Shown: piece after piece, positions 42,851 through 57,915 of the stretch
Layout: every line of letters begins with the position of its first letter
How positions within the stretch are numbered: position 1 is the stretch's first letter
Assembly: GCA_951406725.2 (NCBI GenBank)
Contig: OX597820.1
Location: 84,692,001-84,756,000 of the forward strand
Direction: 5' to 3'
Origin: Octopus vulgaris
Taxonomy: Eukaryota
DNA: 64,000 nt
Made by a program: the position numbers and the translations under genes
Notes under the pieces: model-generated
What the model was told of the DNA's origin: nothing
What the model saw: the letters and a program-made list of their open reading frames with translations, nothing else
Databases searched by the model: none

Positions 42851-44094
42851 TTGAAATGCTCTGTAGAGGTGGTAATCTCTACTGAGCCTCACACAGCATA
42901 AAATATTACCTTAAAGACGAATCCTCACATCCTTAAGCAATAACAAAAATGTCTGAGACAGATCTGAATATTTCATTCAGTAGTCAGACTGTTGCAGCTA
43001 AAAAATTTACAATGTTAATCTCCTCTTACAAGTCTGAGCGGGTCTATCTTGGTTTATCCCGAACGAAATAGCTAAAGTCTCCAACGGCAGAAGGAGATAA
43101 AAGCCTACGATCTCAAAGTCTGAAATGGCGGAAGAAAAACCTGATAAACAGGCTATGAAAGAGTAGTTCAAGCAAGATCTGAGATAACAGCAATCCTACA
43201 TAACATACTTCACGTCTTCCGTCACCCTAAACATAGCCACGCCACGAGCATTTTTTAATAGATCGTTCGTCATATAAATTCCAGTATCAATAAGCCTAAG
43301 ATACCATGGGTAATTTGTTTGAAAGTGACACGAATCTTCCAATTTATAAGCAACAAGTATTTAGATTTTCAATATGTTAATACATTTCAGTTCTGATTTG
43401 TTTTCCTCGATGAATGTTCCAATGATCCTTGGACCATCAAATTTATTGAGTGGTCCTTTAAATCATACTATGTGACTAATAACAGAAAGGGTTATCATTC
43501 ATGAATCGTTGGTTTGTGTTTGCATTAAATTGTTAGTGACATGTTGTAACAATTTTCTTTGATGCAATGGTAAGTCAAATTCCCACCACCTGTCAGAAAA
43601 TAGAAAGAAAACAAATGAAATATGCAGTAGATCATAAATCGAATGCATCGATTTGATACTTTGAAAGGGACTGTCTCCTGTAAGATGAATCTTATCGTCT
43701 TCCCCAATAAGTTTCTAGGATTGTGGCTTTTCCAGCTTTTCTTTTTGGTAAAATATACTGCAAATTGTTCCGAAGGACAGCTTCAAAATCGGAGACATTT
43801 TTTTCTTTTTGTTAGGGAACAAATATTTTGAAACGTACAGTTAACAGAGTAATTTTATACTTTGTTGTTATTGTGAAATTCGACATAATATGTTAATTTA
43901 GAATTATAGATTGTACTGATCCTACGTTTTAGACTTCAGTCTGGTTAGCGCAAGCATTCGTCGATTCCCTTAATATGTTATACGTTCAAATGTGTATAAG
44001 AGCAATAAATGTTCCTGATTTAGAGAAGCAATTACAAGTGAGAGGAACTGACCACTGATTGTTATGAATACACACATAATATAAGGAGACTTAT

Positions 44095-44308
44095 AAGGCG
44101 GTCAGCTGGCCGAATACTCAGTATGCCGAGCGAAATACTTAGTGGCATTTCGTCACTCTACATGTTCTGATTTCAAATTCTGCCGAGGTCTACTTTGCCT
44201 TCTAACATTTCGAACTCGATAAAATAAGCACCAGTTGAACTGTGGGATCGATGTAGTCGACTTACCCCACCTCTGAAATTACTCTCCTTGTGCTAAAATT
44301 TGAAACTA
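44095..44308 (+). mobile_element. SINE family B copy with an alternative tail (..ccttgtgctaaaatttgaaac)
   Basis: ggcggtcagctggccgaa..tcaaattctgccgaggtc..gatcgatgtagtcgactt. Confidence 0.75.
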
Positions 44309-45619
44309 GTATACAGCGGTTTAGATGTTTACTGCATATCACATGTTATGCGGTGAAGGTGGCTGGCGCTGAAATAGAAATGGTATTAAATCGATTTTTG
44401 ATATAGCGATCAGTAGTTAAAGAATTTAAATTGACTTGTTTAAAAGAAAATAGGTATTAATATGATTTTAAAATTCTGTACGGCTTTAAAATTAGCACGT
44501 CTTTAAATTAGTACGTCTTTACAATTCTGCCTATAAAATACAATATTCTACATATTAACCCACAAACATCATATGGCACATACATATACAGACATACATG
44601 TGGGAAGGTGAGAATGGGGAAAGGCAGATTATTAGATGTTATCATATTCGTCGCTGTTCATATTGTGCATCTATGTCCTATATCCTTTCGCTCTCACTTC
44701 ATTGTTCATCTCGAATATCTCGACAAATTCGTGTGGACAACCTGATTAGACTTATGCTTTCAGTATTTCACGATAGGTTGATTATATCATCACAACATTA
44801 AAAAGTTAATGCACCGCTGCATCTAATTAATGATCGAGGTATATCTATCCAATCCGTATTTATTTGCCAATCATGCTGTATTAGAAATAGGAAGTAACGA
44901 TGGCTCAGAATATTGCTATCAAACGATAGATAATTTCTGAATGAGAATACTTGCCAGTAAAAATAGTGAAAGGATGGATCACATTGATTAGTAAAATCCA
45001 TATCGTATGCTAGAACAACGCTAATCAAGATTTTAGCATCTCCAGGCAAACAAATATCTCCTGGGGTGTTTGAATAAATAGGAATGCGAAGAACTAAAAT
45101 TAAACCAATATTCCAAAATTAGTTTCCACACTCGTCAGCGCAATTATCAAAATATTGATGCTCTAGATAAATGCAGTCGGGTGATATTCATAGACATATC
45201 AAGTGATTATATATCTATAGACGTCTTTTATGTATGTCTGTGTGTATATTGACACAGATGAACGAACGATATTTACAATGTCAAGCACACACAAAAAGAG
45301 TGTTAGCGTTAGATAAAATCTTCGGACTTAAAGACTTCTCAGTGAATGGTTTCCATGGCTGAGAAAATATTTTCCATTATTCATTGTACTTTTCCACCAT
45401 CCCTTACTTTAACACATTTCAGTTTTGCTAAAAGATTTCTGGTGTCCATAATACATCTGAAATATATTAATATAATGGTGCTTATATTTATCGTTTTCTT
45501 TCTCAAACCAAACATTTTCCTCAATGCTACGACGAAAGATCAATATATTTGAAGAGTCTTTGTCTATTATTAAAATTCGAAACCTCCAAACTATAATATT
45601 AAAAATGGAAATGGATACT

Positions 45620-46630
45620 TTTTCTTAATTAAAAAGAGTTCATAACTAGAGGAATTACATCCTAACTTCTAACTTGAAAATTATGCAACTCTATGCAACT
45701 TCAAAAATCTCACTTCGCTTTAATCCTATTCTATGACGGACCAAAGAAATCTTTCTCAACGTGTCACCCAAACTACACAGACTTTGCCATTAGAATAATT
45801 TTAGGTAAGGTGAGAATCTCCACGCTAGTGACATCAATCCTGTTTGTAGATTTCTCTAAAGTTTCCGTAAACACAGACAGTACAAAAGCCGCAGTTAACA
45901 TTCAGGTTGACTCCCCGTTTCTTTCGCTCTTTGCGATTGCAATGGACCTCATCATTAGGAAGAGACGTTGACCTCCCTCAAGACAAATACCGCACTACCA
46001 AGCAAAAGTAATCAAGCAATCAGGAGAAATTGTGTCTCTCTGATTATGACTATGCTGATGGGTTTGCTATTACAGTTAAACTTTTGTGTGAGACGCTAGA
46101 CTTGTTGACATCACCCCGGAATACTGCAACCAAATCGGTGTGTTTCTAAAGAGATGAAAGAATTATATACAAATCCAACAATGAAGATCAAAGCCATCTG
46201 CTATTTACTTCAAAGGCTGGTACAAAATTCAGAGTAGAAAATCACTTGTTTCTTGGCCCCTACATGACTGAGAGTAAGAAAGATTTCTTCATATTAAATC
46301 AGCTACCCTGAAGTACGTCTAACAGGATTCAGAATATCTGGTATCCAAGCAAATTCAATATCAACAATGATTGCTTTTATTGGGCATGTTCAGGGAGCAC
46401 CTTTATATTTATATCTGAAACGTAACCCTTGAGCAAGGAGCGTTATTGCCTTATTGGTAGACACCATAGTCTCCTCAGCAGGCTAAAGTTCATGTCAAGA
46501 ATATTTTACCAACAGCGAAATTTATGAAAATGTTACAAACATGTCTACTTCTGTTACTCACGACAGAGTAAGCTTCTCTGATCATAACTAATGTGCTGAA
46601 CAAGAGACCATATCGGATATATATCTAAAC
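45620..46630 (+). mobile_element. Decayed RTE/RTE-X-like RT fragment
   Basis: ILFVDFSKV (FVDFSKAF), LFAIAMDLIIR and DYDYADG (DLDFADD) in order. Confidence 0.55.
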
Positions 46631-47057
46631 TTATAGGTGCAATTTTCCGTACGTGTTCGCGTAGATTCCTGCCTTTTACAAGACCAATGTCTTGTGGTTC
46701 AATGCAACAAACTGCGTACATTTGCAATCAGAGTGAGCCGAATAGTATTTCTATACAAATCTTTCTTCCACCAACGTGCAACAGAAATTCAGACTACTCC
46801 ATCGAAACTTTACCTGTTATATTTAGAAAAATTGCGAACTATCAAGGATAACAATGGAAATAGGGGTATAGAGAGAAAATACGATGGATATTATTTTGAG
46901 AAATATATTAACTTATTCAGAAATCGTATGAAAAGCAATGAGTATTATTAACTTAAAACTTGATTACCATTTAAATAAGATCTGGCTGCAGAGCACATTA
47001 AATATTAGTTTGAGTAAATATGTATCAGCGTTGCAATTTTGTTATTGTTCACATCCT

Positions 47058-47130
47058 TTCCCTGAAGACGCAAAGTAATTTCTACGTGCCGATATCCGAG
47101 TACAAATGATGCGAAACAAGACTGGAGAAG
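47058..47130 (+). other. Decayed hammerhead-like motif
   Basis: ttcc CTGAAGA c gca..tgc GAAAC aa GAC t ggag; the cleavage triplet is not canonical. Confidence 0.35.
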
Positions 47131-49649
47131 AGAAATTATATATCAAATAATCCAATCTCAAACCAGAATAAGCAAAAGTTGGATTTCACCCAAGACGTGA
47201 GAAAATATGTCGGTAAAATTTAGAATCGATATAACTAGGATGAAGTTTGATAAAGGATATATTAGAAAAGTAGTTGTATGAAGGATTTAGAAGATCGAGT
47301 GAAGTAATTTCTATTAAGAACATAAACCCACATGATAAATATTAATTTTGTCTCGTTGTATGAGTTCACCAAGGATGTCTCTATTTAAGCCAAATGCCGA
47401 ACAGCACTTCGCAGAAAACTCTCTAAATATCAATCCGTAGTCGGAGATTTAACTAGAAGTACATATAGTATATATATAAACGTATGACTGTCTCTATGTA
47501 TGTAAGTATGTTTGTATCTATGTACACACAGACACTCACACACACGCACACAGCATAATCACACACACACACGCAATAAGGTGCTGAAAAGTCCCTGGCT
47601 TTAGCTAAAAATGTCTATGATTTTGTCCCTATTGGATTGCCCTGTAACATTTCTGTATATTCATTTCAACAAAATTTTAAACTTTAAATATTATATATCC
47701 TCAATGTCTGAGTATTTATTTTATATGCAGAATGCAACAAATAGAGACATAAATCTATCTATGCAACAAATGCTGAGTCAGTAGCCTCAGTTATCGAAGC
47801 CTATCTTGAGAGGATCACAATAATGATAATACATAATTTTTTCAAGAGTCTTCATACAAGTTACAGTAACGAAATCTGATTTAACGATAAGGTTAGGCAA
47901 ATGCATTGTCTCTTAACATGTATAGGGGTTTGCAGTTACTAGTATTTGTCGCGTTTCTTGCATAGATATACAAGCTAAATTCTTCATGTGCCAATCTGTT
48001 GTTCAAAATATAATAGTATGTTGACATGATATAAAAATTGGCCAAATGCTACTTTTATCGTAGAGACGAAAAACAATTAAAAAACAATTACTAACATATA
48101 TTGACATAATGAAAAATATCTGTATTCCGAAAAGAAAAACGTTAACGAAATCACGGAAGCCAGTGCAATTAATATGAGAATCTAAACATCAACACAAAAT
48201 ACTAGGTGTGTTGTAGGTTGGGCGGTAGGTATGATCCATTAGACTCATATGTATGTACAAAATCAATTATACTAATTTCTTAATGCATCGCATTTATACG
48301 TCCGGCATTACAAAAGCAGTACTAAAAATAACAGTATAGTAAAAATATGGCAGCCCATAAATGCTTCCTCTGACAACAAGTATTCAATAATACAGCTTTA
48401 AATGTAATTTTATAGCAATTAGTTTTAAAGGTAATTTGCAGAACGAAGCGAACGGTTTTTCTTTTTTTTCTCTCTTCTATGATTTTTTTTGTTTTTTGTT
48501 TCAGTTACTGCTGTAGACAGATAAGGAGAAATAGCACATCATATAGGGAAAAACAGAAAAATGACTTAAATACAACATTAAATATATTTAAGTGCTGCCC
48601 GCGTCTGTGTATATATGCATGAGTATGTGTGTGTAAGTTTACACGCTTACATATATGGATATCTATGCATATATATATACACACACACACACATATGTGT
48701 ATGTCTGTGAATCTGTGTGTCTGGTGTCTGTGTATCTGTGTGTGTATGTGTATGGATACATTGTGTATGAGAGTAGAATTCTTAGTAAAAAATGAAAACG
48801 TAATAACATAGTGACCAAGCAAACTGAAACGTTCTAAAACATAGCATAAGGAATAATGTTAACCGAGCACATTCAGCAATAAAGATATTCTTAAAGATTT
48901 ACTGAACAGTCAAAAAGATGTAAATATACTTAGTCCTACACAATGATACATATCCAAACCGTAGTGAAATTAGTACTGTAATATCAGGTAAAAATAATTA
49001 AGTAAATAGTTAATGTTAATTCCATTTCGTATCAGTAATTATGTATACAGCTACAATGAATTATGACGCAACATTTCAACATAAATACTGACATGCAATA
49101 AACAGCAGCCAAATATCCCTTAAATAACATACTACTATTTTAAAATCGCTTAACAAATAATCCTGCATATACTTTATCTGAAAACATGTACAGCATGGCA
49201 AGTTATTCATAGATTTGAGGCTGCAAGTTTGATATAGTGCAAAATTAGTCAGATTAACTTTCACTTAACTATCGACAACCCTTATTAAACACATGAATGA
49301 CTATAAGGCAATGTAAGAGTATATCATGCCACGTACATATAAGAATTTCAGGTAGTTATTTTTGTCAGTACTGAAAGTATCAAGGTGAAATGTAGACAAA
49401 AAATCCCTAGGGACAACTGATGTTATATACTACCTGGAATTGTGTGAGGGTAGGCTAGGTCTCATGTGGTATATCTACATCATCTGTAACGAAGGGAGTC
49501 TTACATTTCCAGAATGCCCCTCTCCTCTTCACAATAAAGTCGGTCATGTGCGTGCCGGTGAGTTATACACGAAGGCAAACCTGGTTCCACAACATGGGAA
49601 GGTTTTTAAGAAGTATCTAAGTCATCGAACGATGCAAGACAGGGACTAA

Positions 49650-49846
49650 GGCGGTGAGATGGCAGAAACGTTAGCACGCCGGGCGAAATGCTTATCGGTA
49701 TTTCGTCTGCCGTTACGTTCTGAGTTCAAATTCCGCCATGGTCGACGTGGCCTTTCATACTTTCGGAGTCGATAAATAAAGTACCAGTTGTCTGTCCTTG
49801 TTTGTTCCCTCTAAATTTAGCCTCTTGAGGGCAATAAAGAAATAAA
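49650..49846 (+). mobile_element. SINE family B copy with Tx1-like tail and an internal deletion
   Basis: ggcggtgagatggcagaaacgttagcacgccgggcg..tgtctgtccttgtttgttccctc..gcctcttgagggcaataaagaaat. Confidence 0.85.
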
Positions 49847-50120
49847 ACTGGGATGTGGACTTACACTTTTTCCTACGCAATATGAAGAACATATATCGCG
49901 TGTATTTTCATTAAACACACTTGCTATCATATATGATCAGTACATTGTAATATTATTATATGATATTATGATAGTTTTATGTGTAGCAACTTGTTACGTT
50001 TTATTGTTTTTATATACACACAATCTCTTGCGCACACACACATACGTAATAACATAAATACACACACTAACACACATGTACATACATTATATATGTGTGT
50101 GTGTATATACATATATATAT

Positions 50121-50157
<37 letters not shown>

Positions 50158-50976
50158 GACAGAGAGAAAAAAGATAGAAAGAAAGATAAATAGATAGATA
50201 GATAGATAGATAGATAGATGGGTGGGTAGATAGATACATGAATGTATATAGACATCTACCAAGGCTTATACACCCATAAACCTATGCACATATCTTTCTT
50301 TTACTTTTCTTTTCATAATATATAAAGAGCAGGTGAATTTTTTAAAAAATTACATCGTTAAATGACTAATCTTTAATGGAAGGTTTATATACTGTTTTCA
50401 ATAGAATACTATTGACGAAGGAGAAAAGGTGTGTACGACTGCCCCCGAACGGTCAACAAATCACTCACTAGCCACAGGGGCGAAATACTGTCTCTTTCTA
50501 CACATCGAAAAATGCGTTTAACCCTTATTTATATTGTCTCACATCAACATTTGCAATATTTTGTTCTATTCCTATACCTACAACATTCATTGTTCATTAT
50601 TTATATTTGTATGTATGTACGTATCAATTTATCTATCTATCTATCTATCTATCTACTCTATCTCTCTCTGTCGTCTATGTGTGTATACATGATGTATGTA
50701 CGTATAAATAGATGTATATGCACTACATAAACTGTTCATACACATCTGTGTACATGTGTGTGTGTGTGTGTGCGTGTCTTTTCGTCTCAGTCTCTGTATG
50801 TATGGTTGATCTCAAAATGGAAAGATATACGCTTGCTACTTTTATTGGCTGTCTATAACTTTGTAGATTATAAGATTGCTAATGTCGCCTCTTTTAATAG
50901 TTTCATCCAATACTACTATTGCTTCGATATAATAACTTTGTCCTGTGATCTGTCATTAACTATTTGAATATATATG

Positions 50977-51051
<75 letters not shown>

Positions 51052-51749
51052 CACATACAAACATACCTTCTTACACACACTCACATATGTGTGTGATATA
51101 GGTAGTTATATTTACAAATATGAAAATATATATAAGAGAGAATCATACGTACATAGTAAGTACTTTTGTGTACAGAATTATTCTCCCAACATAAAATGCT
51201 ATTTCCAACTATCGTCTATCTCGAGTTTTATATCCTAGAGCAATTTCTGGCCATAAATATAATTCAGCGATGCACAGCAATATCAGAATATTTATCTCGA
51301 ATGCGCCAAAAGGTAATCACCTTACATTAAGTATATATGCAATATCTGGTGTATTATATATTTACTATTACTCTGTATACACTTACACTTCAACAGATAT
51401 GTAAACACCGAAGAATATGCGTACACACACACGCGTAACATGCAAATTTAGTTACATTTTACATAGCAACGAGGTGAAGTATCATATATAAACTGAGATA
51501 ATACTGTGTTAAACGTAGAATAATGAGTCTCTCTCATATTCGTACTATTTCTTATATCATCCATCAACCATAGATTAGCAAAGGATGAATAATCAAGAAG
51601 TGACATGAAGGACTCGTGGGTTTTATTATTATGAAGCAGTTCTACTGATATAGATATGCCTTTCGATGAATTTAGCAGAGCCTGAACAGGTTGCATATTT
51701 TGTATTGAGAAGAGGTACATCAAAACTAGAAGGGTACTGACCAACAAAC

Positions 51750-52030
51750 ATGAACAGCGATGCCGAAGGAATCTATGTGAGACAAAATTTGGAAGATATC
51801 AACCACATCTTTAGCAGTCACCCCAATATATCTACGAGATACTACCTGCCGCTGATGTATGATAGAGTTGCAAAGACTAATTACAATGCTATCTGCTGGA
51901 AAGATTGCCCCTACGTATACATCAAAGGCATGTCAGAATCAACATGTATTCACAAGTTTAAAAACAAGAAATACTGGTGGAACTCTCCAATACAAACATC
52001 AATTCGGAGTATTGAATGTGACATCAAGTC
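51750..52030 (+). mobile_element. Decayed RLE-type LINE fragment (CCHC/RHD region)
   Basis: EDINHIFSSHP..RYYLPLMYDRVAKT..YWWNSPIQT. Confidence 0.55.
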
Positions 52031-53091
52031 CAGGAAAAAGAGAGGCTCTATAGTGAATTATTGAAGAACTCACAGCTCCTGCATCCTAAATGTAAATTTT
52101 TATTTTTACCTATTATATGTGCATTAGTCTGTCTACCTACAAACTTACACAAAACTGAAAAACACTAAGTATTTCTACGAAAGAGCTGCAGAAACTAACG
52201 TAGGTTCCCCAAATACAGTCTATTTATAAGACTTTCCATCGATCATCCGTCTGAGAATTTTTTAGAGAAAAGGGGCACACAGGTGTGTGTGCATCGAGGA
52301 CCCAACCAAATATTTACAAATACAGGGAACTCTCTAACCGGAAAGAGTCCTGTCACTTTGTTTGTGGGCTACTTGAACTCTCTTAAAAATTCTAAAAGAA
52401 AACGCATATACACATACATACATACACAACGTATAAAGCATACTCACTTTTATATGCATATGTATAATACTAATTCGACTTTTAAACTTAATCTGATCTC
52501 ATTTTATACCTCATGATATATATCTAATACAATGAAAAACAATATAACAAGAATATTTCAATATAACTGCAATGTTTCGATATAACAGCAGTATTTCAAT
52601 CGCACATTATGCAGTTCTTCATTGCTTGCGCTCTGTTTTCAGCATACCTATAATGTTTCATTTTTTGTTCTTGTTATTGGAGATTTTTTTTTGTTTCATA
52701 TTGGAGATTTAACAATGAGAGAGCTATATATTTGTCTGAAAAAGAAAAACACGACATTTTATATCTTCAGCGGTTTTGCACAAAAAAGTTGATCGACTGA
52801 ACCTAAACTGTTGGATACCGTAGATCACCGTGAAATAATATAATGACTTCAATTCAGTGCATATTTGAAGGGAAGAAATGGAAATATGTTTTTACACACA
52901 CATACACATACACACACAGACACAAATAAATAATTTGGACAAATAAGCATAAGTTGATTAGTGTGTTTAAATGTTGAGAAGATCACCAGCATAATTTAGG
53001 CCACCTGTTGTCATCCGCAGATGGGGTAGTACACTTCCGTTGGATCTACTGCAGGGACACCGCAACGACAGTTAGAGTAATAGTATTATTT

Positions 53092-53310
53092 AATAGTAGG
53101 ATATGGATTTCGTGTTAGACTTTTATTAGGTACAACATTTGTTTCGACCTATCAATCTGGTTTTCTTCAGGTACATTGATAAAGATGTCTCACGAGAGAT
53201 TTTTAGTGCCATCTGGATTGTTATTATATGCATGAAGAGACCCAGACTGATGGCTCGAAACATATATTGTACCTAATGAAAGTCTAATACGAAATCTATC
53301 TCCTACTATT
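53092..53310. mobile_element. Inverted pair of about 80-bp PLE-like ends, each with a hammerhead-like core
   Basis: 53092-53172 vs 53231-53310; the left arm on the minus strand reads gtac CTGAAGA aa acc..ggt c GAAAC aaat GTT gtac. Confidence 0.65.
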
Positions 53311-53349
53311 GACACTACACACACACACATATGCATATATAAATGGGTG

Positions 53350-53409
<60 letters not shown>

Positions 53410-54509
53410 GATAGAGAGAGAGAGAGAGAGCGATCAAGGGAGAGGGTGTGAGATAGATAGATAGACAGTGTAGCTGATACGTAGTTTTAACAAAGTAATT
53501 GATGTATCAGGACATCCAGAAACAATTGCAATAACACAATTATAAGCAATTACTGATTTAAAGCATTCTGTATATTCATATTTGATATAGTTAAATGATT
53601 GGAAGTTAAAAAAAAACGTCATAAATATCACTGCACAGAAACTAGGTGTAAATGATTAACAAACCATAAACGAGAAATATAAGGAATTATTATGTTTAAT
53701 GGATAAACACATCTATTATTCGTATTAAAGTACATGCTGAGCAAGGATGTCTAATATCGAATTAAACACTTTTATCCTGTGGACGAAGCGTCTTTCATAA
53801 GATAGTTTCCATCCAGGAAGTGCGCAATTTTGTATTCGCACTTCATCAATATTACTGCATAATTATAAATATACATCATTCCGTCCAAAATTGCATTTAA
53901 TAAATGAGAATTAACAGCAGGCGCTCAAGGGGTGTGACAAATACTCTTACAATCCTAAACGCCTACAATTCATCATGAAATTACACCTCTGTATGTAAGT
54001 GTAAACATAGAAGCATGCATAAACACTCGCGCCCGCGTACACACAGCCGCACACACACTTACACACCCAGACAAAATGGATCAAACTTCTTCCCAAACAA
54101 TAGACTCAGAATTCCAATTTCCCGTATTCTGTAGCATATATATATTATCCAACTGGACTGGAGTAATGTGAAATGAAGTATTTTCTACATTGCAACGCAT
54201 CGCTCTGTAATGCTATCGAAATTATAATCTTAGGATCATGAGAGCAACATCACGGCTAAACCACACCCGTCTAAATACCGCAGTCCATGTTGAAAGTCTT
54301 CTTCACTGAAAATATTTGCGTAATTTTAATTTTTAATCAAGATATCCTCCCCATATGTCTTATTAAGTGGTAACCGACTGCATCCCCAAATACAGATCGA
54401 TCACACACTCACTTTTGCCCAAATTAGCCCTAAGGTTACTTACAAATTTGTTACTCTCGGCACGAAATTTTTATACGATATCAAACCTTCAAAAGTATCA
54501 ATATACTTA

Positions 54510-54695
54510 AGGCAACACTATGGCAAAATGTTCAGCGGCATTTGGTCCATTTTGTTTCATTCTGAGTTCCAATGCTGCCGAGTTCTATTTTGACTTACAT
54601 ACTTTCGAGGTCAACAAAATAATAACAGCTGCGCAATTGGGTCGATGTAATCGATTTAGCTACTAAATTGCTAGCTATATATAAAAATACAAATC
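54510..54695 (+). mobile_element. Degenerate SINE family B copy
   Basis: ttctgagttccaatgctgccgag..gggtcgatgtaatcgatt. Confidence 0.6.
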
Positions 54696-54732
54696 CCGTT
54701 TACTTAAGACAACATCGATATTAATGTTTTGA

Positions 54733-54884
54733 ACGTTTGGTTTAATCCCTCATTTTGTTGTTGCAGTCTTTTCAGTGCTGATTAATGTACCTGTTCTTAA
54801 TCTCCCTTTGGCATGATTGTTTAACACCATGCTTCTCGTCACGTCCTTGCCGAAGCTCTATGGACAATTCGTATATGTTTTTCC

Positions 54885-54944
<60 letters not shown>

Positions 54945-55108
54945 ACGTTTGGTTTAATCCCTCATTTTGTTGTTGCAGTCTTTTCAGTGCTGATTAATGT
55001 ACCTGTTCTTAATCTCACTTTGGCACGATTGTTTAACACCATGCTTCTCGTAACGTCTTTGCCGAAGCTCTATGGACAATTCGTAGATGTTTTTCCCATC
55101 ATCACCAC

Positions 55109-55172
<64 letters not shown>
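54733..55172. repeat. Tandem duplication of about 212 bp, each unit ending in (ATC)n
   Basis: acgtttggtttaatccctcattttg.. starts at 54733 and again at 54945. Confidence 0.9.
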
Positions 55173-55174
<2 letters not shown>

Positions 55175-55449
55175 TATTACTATTATTATTATTATTATCA
55201 TTATTATTATTATTATTATTATTATTGTTACGGAAGATATAGAGTATGTATTATTAAAATTACACTGTAAAAATATTTCCTGAATAAGTAATGAAGCCGT
55301 TTGCCCTCTTTTCTGCAAGTACACCCATCAAAGTGCACCACATTCACATACATATGTTTTTATATATGCATACATTCAACAATGAATACATTCATACATA
55401 CATGTATACACACATACGCTGACACACACATACACGTATATACGGATAC

Positions 55450-55530
<81 letters not shown>

Positions 55531-55547
55531 ATATATACATATATAAT

Positions 55548-55595
<48 letters not shown>

Positions 55596-57292
55596 GGATA
55601 TATTTAAGTATTTCTTAGGCTTCCTCATTTACTATTGCATTCTTCCGTTTTACATTTCAATATCCCCTTGTCATATTACTATCTTGCAATAATATTCTTG
55701 AATAGCATTATCAGGATTTTATTCTTCGAAATGTTGCTGTCCTTCAAAAAGTTTAAGCAGAGAATTGCATATTCAGTTCCTTTGTCATTCAATTTATCTC
55801 TCTTACTAGGATTTAGAACAATTTCAGATAATTATATTATGTATTCATTACTCGTTATTTTACTTGTCAATATAGCATCTCTTACTTTGCACAGAATGTA
55901 TAAAGAATACAAGTGAAAATACTCGTGTTCCTTTTACATTTATAATTTAAAATTTAGGAGTTTTATCTAAAGGTATGTTAGTGGTAAATTATCTTGTGTT
56001 TTTAAACAGGAATTTTATTCCAGTTATACGATATCTTATATTGTATCAAGAGAAAGAATAAAGTCAACATATTGCTGAAATAACCTATGAACTGTATATA
56101 TAATATACAATACAATCAAATATAAAGCATTCTTACTTTCCACACTTATATTTAATTCCAAGCCCACAAAACCTGGAAAATGACAGTTACGACACAATCC
56201 TATAGTAAATATTTTCTAAGACGTTGTATAATCATTTCGGTACATTTCGTATATTTACACTCTAACATGTCCCGGATATGCGCAGATTATGTTTCTGTCT
56301 TATCAGAAACGTTACACTGCATCTTAGAACCTGAAACATACGCATTAATGAATTTGACTGTGGATAATCTTTCTCATAGGAACTTATCATAACGTCTTGA
56401 TTGATAATCTGGACGGGTGAATTTAACTCCCAATTGTAAGAATTCGCATATTGCAACATCAACTTCCGAAAAATATTTATTTGTACAATATTAATACAGA
56501 GAAAATGTATCGCTTCTTCATGTGAGGCTATCCGCATACTTCTTAACTCTCCTCTCCCCTTTCAACAACTCACCGTCGCTGTAAAGGCACAGATGAGAAT
56601 GCATCATAGTGTGTATCAAGGAGAGGACTATGCGAGCATCGAAATTAAAGGGCACGATTATTGACATGTTTTATTGAAGCCAGTCGAGACTATGAAGACA
56701 AAGAGATAGCGAGATTCTCGCAAATTCTTTCGAACGTATACTGCAATTTCTGCGACGGAAATTCTGCTCAGATAATTACACATGGTCTAGTAAGTCAATT
56801 TGCAAATGGTTCATGCTCTCTGCATCAGTGGTCGACTATGGTTTCTTGTTTTCAAATTCTGTTAGTTATGTTCCTTAAGTTAATGGATTCAGACTTCTAC
56901 AACTAATGCACATACAACACGATTTGAAGATTACACCTATGTGAGTGTGTGTGAATGTGTTTGATTTTTTTCTTTTTATGTATATATGTTGGAGTGTGTG
57001 GTTATATATATATATATATATTGAAACTGTATACCCCTTCCGTTAAAAGACCATTATAAGTAAACTAGTAGCAGGTCGTCAAGTGAGGGTCGAGAGACGA
57101 AGAGTTGCGAGTCGACAGTCCTAGTCGATATCATGTTGAACCGTCGGTGATACTAAGACGGTAAATGTTAATCTATTACTATTACGGCATGAGGAAATAA
57201 AACAGTATCGAACAACTAGGAAATATTGTGGGTACTTGCTTAAAAAAGAAACAACAAAAGTACAACAGCAATCACACATCACACCAGTGGGT

Positions 57293-57915
57293 TGGACCAA
57301 CTGCGAAAGCCATGCTGATTTGCATTGTGAAGTTCCAGGATGTCAAATATCCTTGATTTTACCACTCTATTCAAACACCTCAATGATGTGGGTGGTGACT
57401 GAGTTTGGGACATAGTTGACTGTTTCCCAGTTTGAAAACCGGGATGACAAACGGGGAAGGGAGCTGTTTAGGTACATAACCTGAGTCTAAATTATTTCTC
57501 CGGAGTTTGGTCAGAGGGTCTGCAAGTCGGTGTCTACTTTCCTTCAGGAGACTAGCGGATAATTTATCATGGCCTACAGCAGAATAGAATTTTACTTCAT
57601 TTATTGCTGCTATGATGTCTGAGACAGTGATAGTGATGTCCAAGATTTTATGTTGGGAATCACTTCGTCCGCTTCCTTTACGTCAGTATCAGTGGGATCA
57701 TTAAAGACAGCAGTTTTGTTTCTGCAGTAGTTCTGCTATGTCTTCAGCATCGTGTTGGGGAATGCCGATAATATAAATCAATGGCACAATAACTGAGACA
57801 GCGGTCGATGCTTATTTGCATATGAGTAGAACATTTTAATGTTCTGTTTGATTTTTTTATTGGCCACTCATCCTCTGCATATCTCTGATTTCCAATGGAG
57901 GTTTTCATGTCGGCA
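57293..57915 (-). mobile_element. CR1-clade LINE fragment (pre-RT linker to RT QHGFR), inverted
   Basis: FYSYANKH, DAEDIAELLQ, DITITVSDIIAAI..SAVGHDK..VIPVFK, HIIEVFE, NQHGFRS. Confidence 0.75.

Noticed and set aside
43536-43575. Plus-strand mini-exon ending atg|gtaagt
   Set aside because: Stops in all three frames and a weak acceptor
45115-45142. Minus-strand CTGACGA-gtgtg-GAAAC
   Set aside because: Neither stem II nor stem I can pair
57025-57260. Possible solo LTR (tgt..aataaa..aca)
   Set aside because: No TSD or second copy visible
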